Source: Octopus sinensis (lineage: Eukaryota). Taken from it: DNA of 64,000 nucleotides. Location: positions 80,228,001-80,292,000 of the forward strand of contig NC_043000.1 in the NCBI RefSeq assembly GCF_006345805.1. Reading direction: 5' to 3'. Both the position numbers and the translations under genes were made by a program. The notes under the pieces were generated by a model. It searched no databases. It was not told where the DNA came from and saw only the letters and a program-made list of their open reading frames with translations. Shown in pieces: positions 61,416 to 64,000 of the stretch (the stretch's first letter is position 1; every line of letters begins with the position of its first letter).

Positions 61416-64000
61416 ATCATCATCATCATCATCGTTTAATGTCCGTTTTCCACGCTAGCACGGGTTGGACGGTTCGACCGGGCTCTGGGAAGCCAGGGGC
61501 TGCACCAGGCTCCAGTCTGATCTGGCAGTGTTTCTACAGCCGGATGCCCTTCCTAACGCCAACCACTCTGCGAGTGTAGTGGGTGCTTTTAACGTGCCAC
61601 CGGCACGGAAGCCAGCCAAGGCAGCGCTGGCATCGGCTACGTTCGGATGGTGCTTTTTATGTGCCACCGGCACAGAAGCCAGTCGAGGTGGCGCTGGCAA
61701 CGGCCACATTCGGATGGTGCTTTTTATGTGCCACCGGCACAGGTATCACAACTACTATTTCCATTGATATTTGTTTCGATGTTCATGTACATGCACTTGA
61801 CACAACAGGTCTCCTCAAGCACAGGGAGATGTTCTGGGATCCAAGGTACTTTGAATGGGCAGGGGCTATGCGGAACTGGTGCCGGAAGCATCCCGGGTCT
61901 TTGCAGTCACAGCACATCTCCAGAGATCTTGGTCCTTCGCCATTGCCTCAGTGAGGCCTAAAGCTCTGAGGTCATGCTTGACTACCTCATCCCATGTCTT
62001 CCTGGGTCTACCTCTCCCCCTGATTCCTTCAACTGTTTGGGTGCGGCACTTCTTCACACATCTCTCCTCATCCATCCGCAGTACATGACCATACCATCAC
62101 AAGCGTCGCTCTTGCACACCACATCTGATGCTTCTTATGTCCAGCATTTCTCTCAGGGTGCTTACACTCTGTCGTGCATTCACACTGACATTACACATCC
62201 AGCGGATCATGCTAGCTTCATTTCTTTCAAGTCTACGCATGTCCTCTGCAGTCACGGCCTATGTTTCACTACCATGAAGCATGGCAGTTCGCACACATGC
62301 ATCATACAATCTACCTTTCACTCTGAGTGAGAGACCCTTTGTCGCCAGTAGGGGTAGGAGCTTTCTAAACTTTGCCCAGGCTATTCATATTCTAGTGGTG
62401 ACACTCTCTGAGCATCCACCTCCACTACTAACTTGGTCACCCAGGTAGCGGAAACTATCAACTACTTCTAGTTTCTCCCCCTGGAGTGTGATGGAATCTG
62501 TTTTCTGAGTATTTGTGGTGTCTATTGTCCCTGTGCATCTGCCGCACATGAAAGCTATCTTATCAGTTAATTTCCCTTTGATGTTGCTGCACCTCTTATG
62601 CGTCCATAGCTTACACTGGGTGCATCTTATGGAGTTTCTACCTGCACCTTTCCTACAGATCGAGCAGGGCCACCTGCCCGATGGGGTGTGTGCTGAGTTC
62701 GCCTTTCTGCTTACTATAACTTTGATCTTTGCTACATTTACTCTAAGGCCCTTTGATTCTAACCCTTGTTTCCACGCTCGAAATTTCTTTTCTAGTTCCG
62801 GTAGTGATTCTGCTATGAGAGCCAGCTCATCAGCATAGAGGAGCTCCCAGGGGCAACCTGTTTTGAATTCCTCTGTTATTGCCTGGAGGACTATAATGAA
62901 TAAAAGGGGACTGAGGGCTGAACCTTGGTGTACACCTACTTCTAACCGGAATTCTTCACTATATTCGTTGCCAATCCTAACCTTGCTGACAGCCTCTCTG
63001 TATAGGGCCTGTACAGCCCTTATTAGCCATTCGTCAATCTCCAGTTTCCGCATCGACCACCAGATAATGGATCGGGGGACCCTGTCAAAGGCTTTCTCCA
63101 AGTCCACAAAAGCTATGTAGAGGGGTTTATCTTTAGCTAGGTACTTTTCCTGCAGTTGTCGGACTAGGAATATAGCATCAGTGGTGCTTCTACCCGGCAC
63201 AAAACCGAACTGCATCTCATCTAAGCAAATTCTCTCCCTAATGAGATGGTTTATGACCCTTTCTGTGACCTTCATCACCTGATCCAACAGTTTAATACCC
63301 CTGTAGTTATTTCTATCTAGAGTATCACCCTTACCCTTGTAGCAGTTGACTATGGTGCTGCTATGCCAGTCATTGGGTATGACTCCATTATGAACTACCT
63401 GGTTTACAATACGGGTGACTAGGCCATAGCCCACATAACCAGCTGTTTTAAGCATCTCAGCAGTGATACCTGATGGGCCGGGGGCTTTACCTGGTTTCAT
63501 ACCCTTAATTGCCTTAACTACAAGGGAGCTGTCTATTTGGATAGCTGGTCCCTCTACTGGGTCAACATTTGGCAGGCTCTCCTCCTCCCATTCATTCTCC
63601 ACATTCAGCAGTCTTTCATAATGGCTTCTCCAAGCCTCTTTCTTTTCACCAACATTAAAAGCAAGTGCCCCATCATCCATGCGGACACATTTCTCTCCTG
63701 TAACATCACTATTTTCTCTCACACACTGTCTAGTAATCCGAAATACCTCAGTTCTTTGGTCCTTACGTCGCTGGACATTGGCAAACTTCTTCTTTTCTGC
63801 TATATCTTTGGCTATATATACCTGCCACCCGGCCTCCCTTTTGGCTACTTGGTACAGTTCCCTACTACCCCCATCCCTCCAGGCTCTCTAGGCCTGTTTT
63901 TTTGCACTAATGGCTTTGTCTACTGCACTATTCCACCACCACGTAACTCTAGGTCTGGAAGGGACTTTGCACCATCCACAGACTTGGTCTGTGGCACTCA
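61416..64000 (-). mobile_element. RTE LINE running off the window end
   Basis: ORF 62385..63722 RT with PHD-like finger and intact DSFRYLG; 3' UTR repeats; (GAT)n tail. Confidence 0.93.

Overview
AT-rich, microsatellite-laden eukaryotic DNA, almost entirely nested transposable elements. The repeat families look like octopus/coleoid cephalopod (inference; no database check). The only host-gene piece I recognise is one kinesin motor-domain exon (KIF25-like, 59634-59789, +). Recognisable elements: two Neptune-like Penelope-like elements (PLEs; RT + GIY-YIG), many RTE LINE copies, two or three R4/Dong-type RLE LINEs in (TAA)n, Tx1/L1 and CR1 fragments, Helitrons, Tc1/mariner, a hAT MITE, a Gypsy remnant and tRNA-derived SINEs. 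The main result is a set of minimal type-I hammerhead ribozyme (HHR) motifs in at least 8 unrelated sequence contexts. The best case is a non-coding 362-bp tandem and inverted repeat (23312-24375) right after a PLE. Each of its monomers carries a near-canonical HHR with a U3-A8 core swap and palindromic stem III. It is a candidate non-LTR retrozyme/circRNA-forming element. All ribozyme calls come from hand-folding; no activity data exist here.
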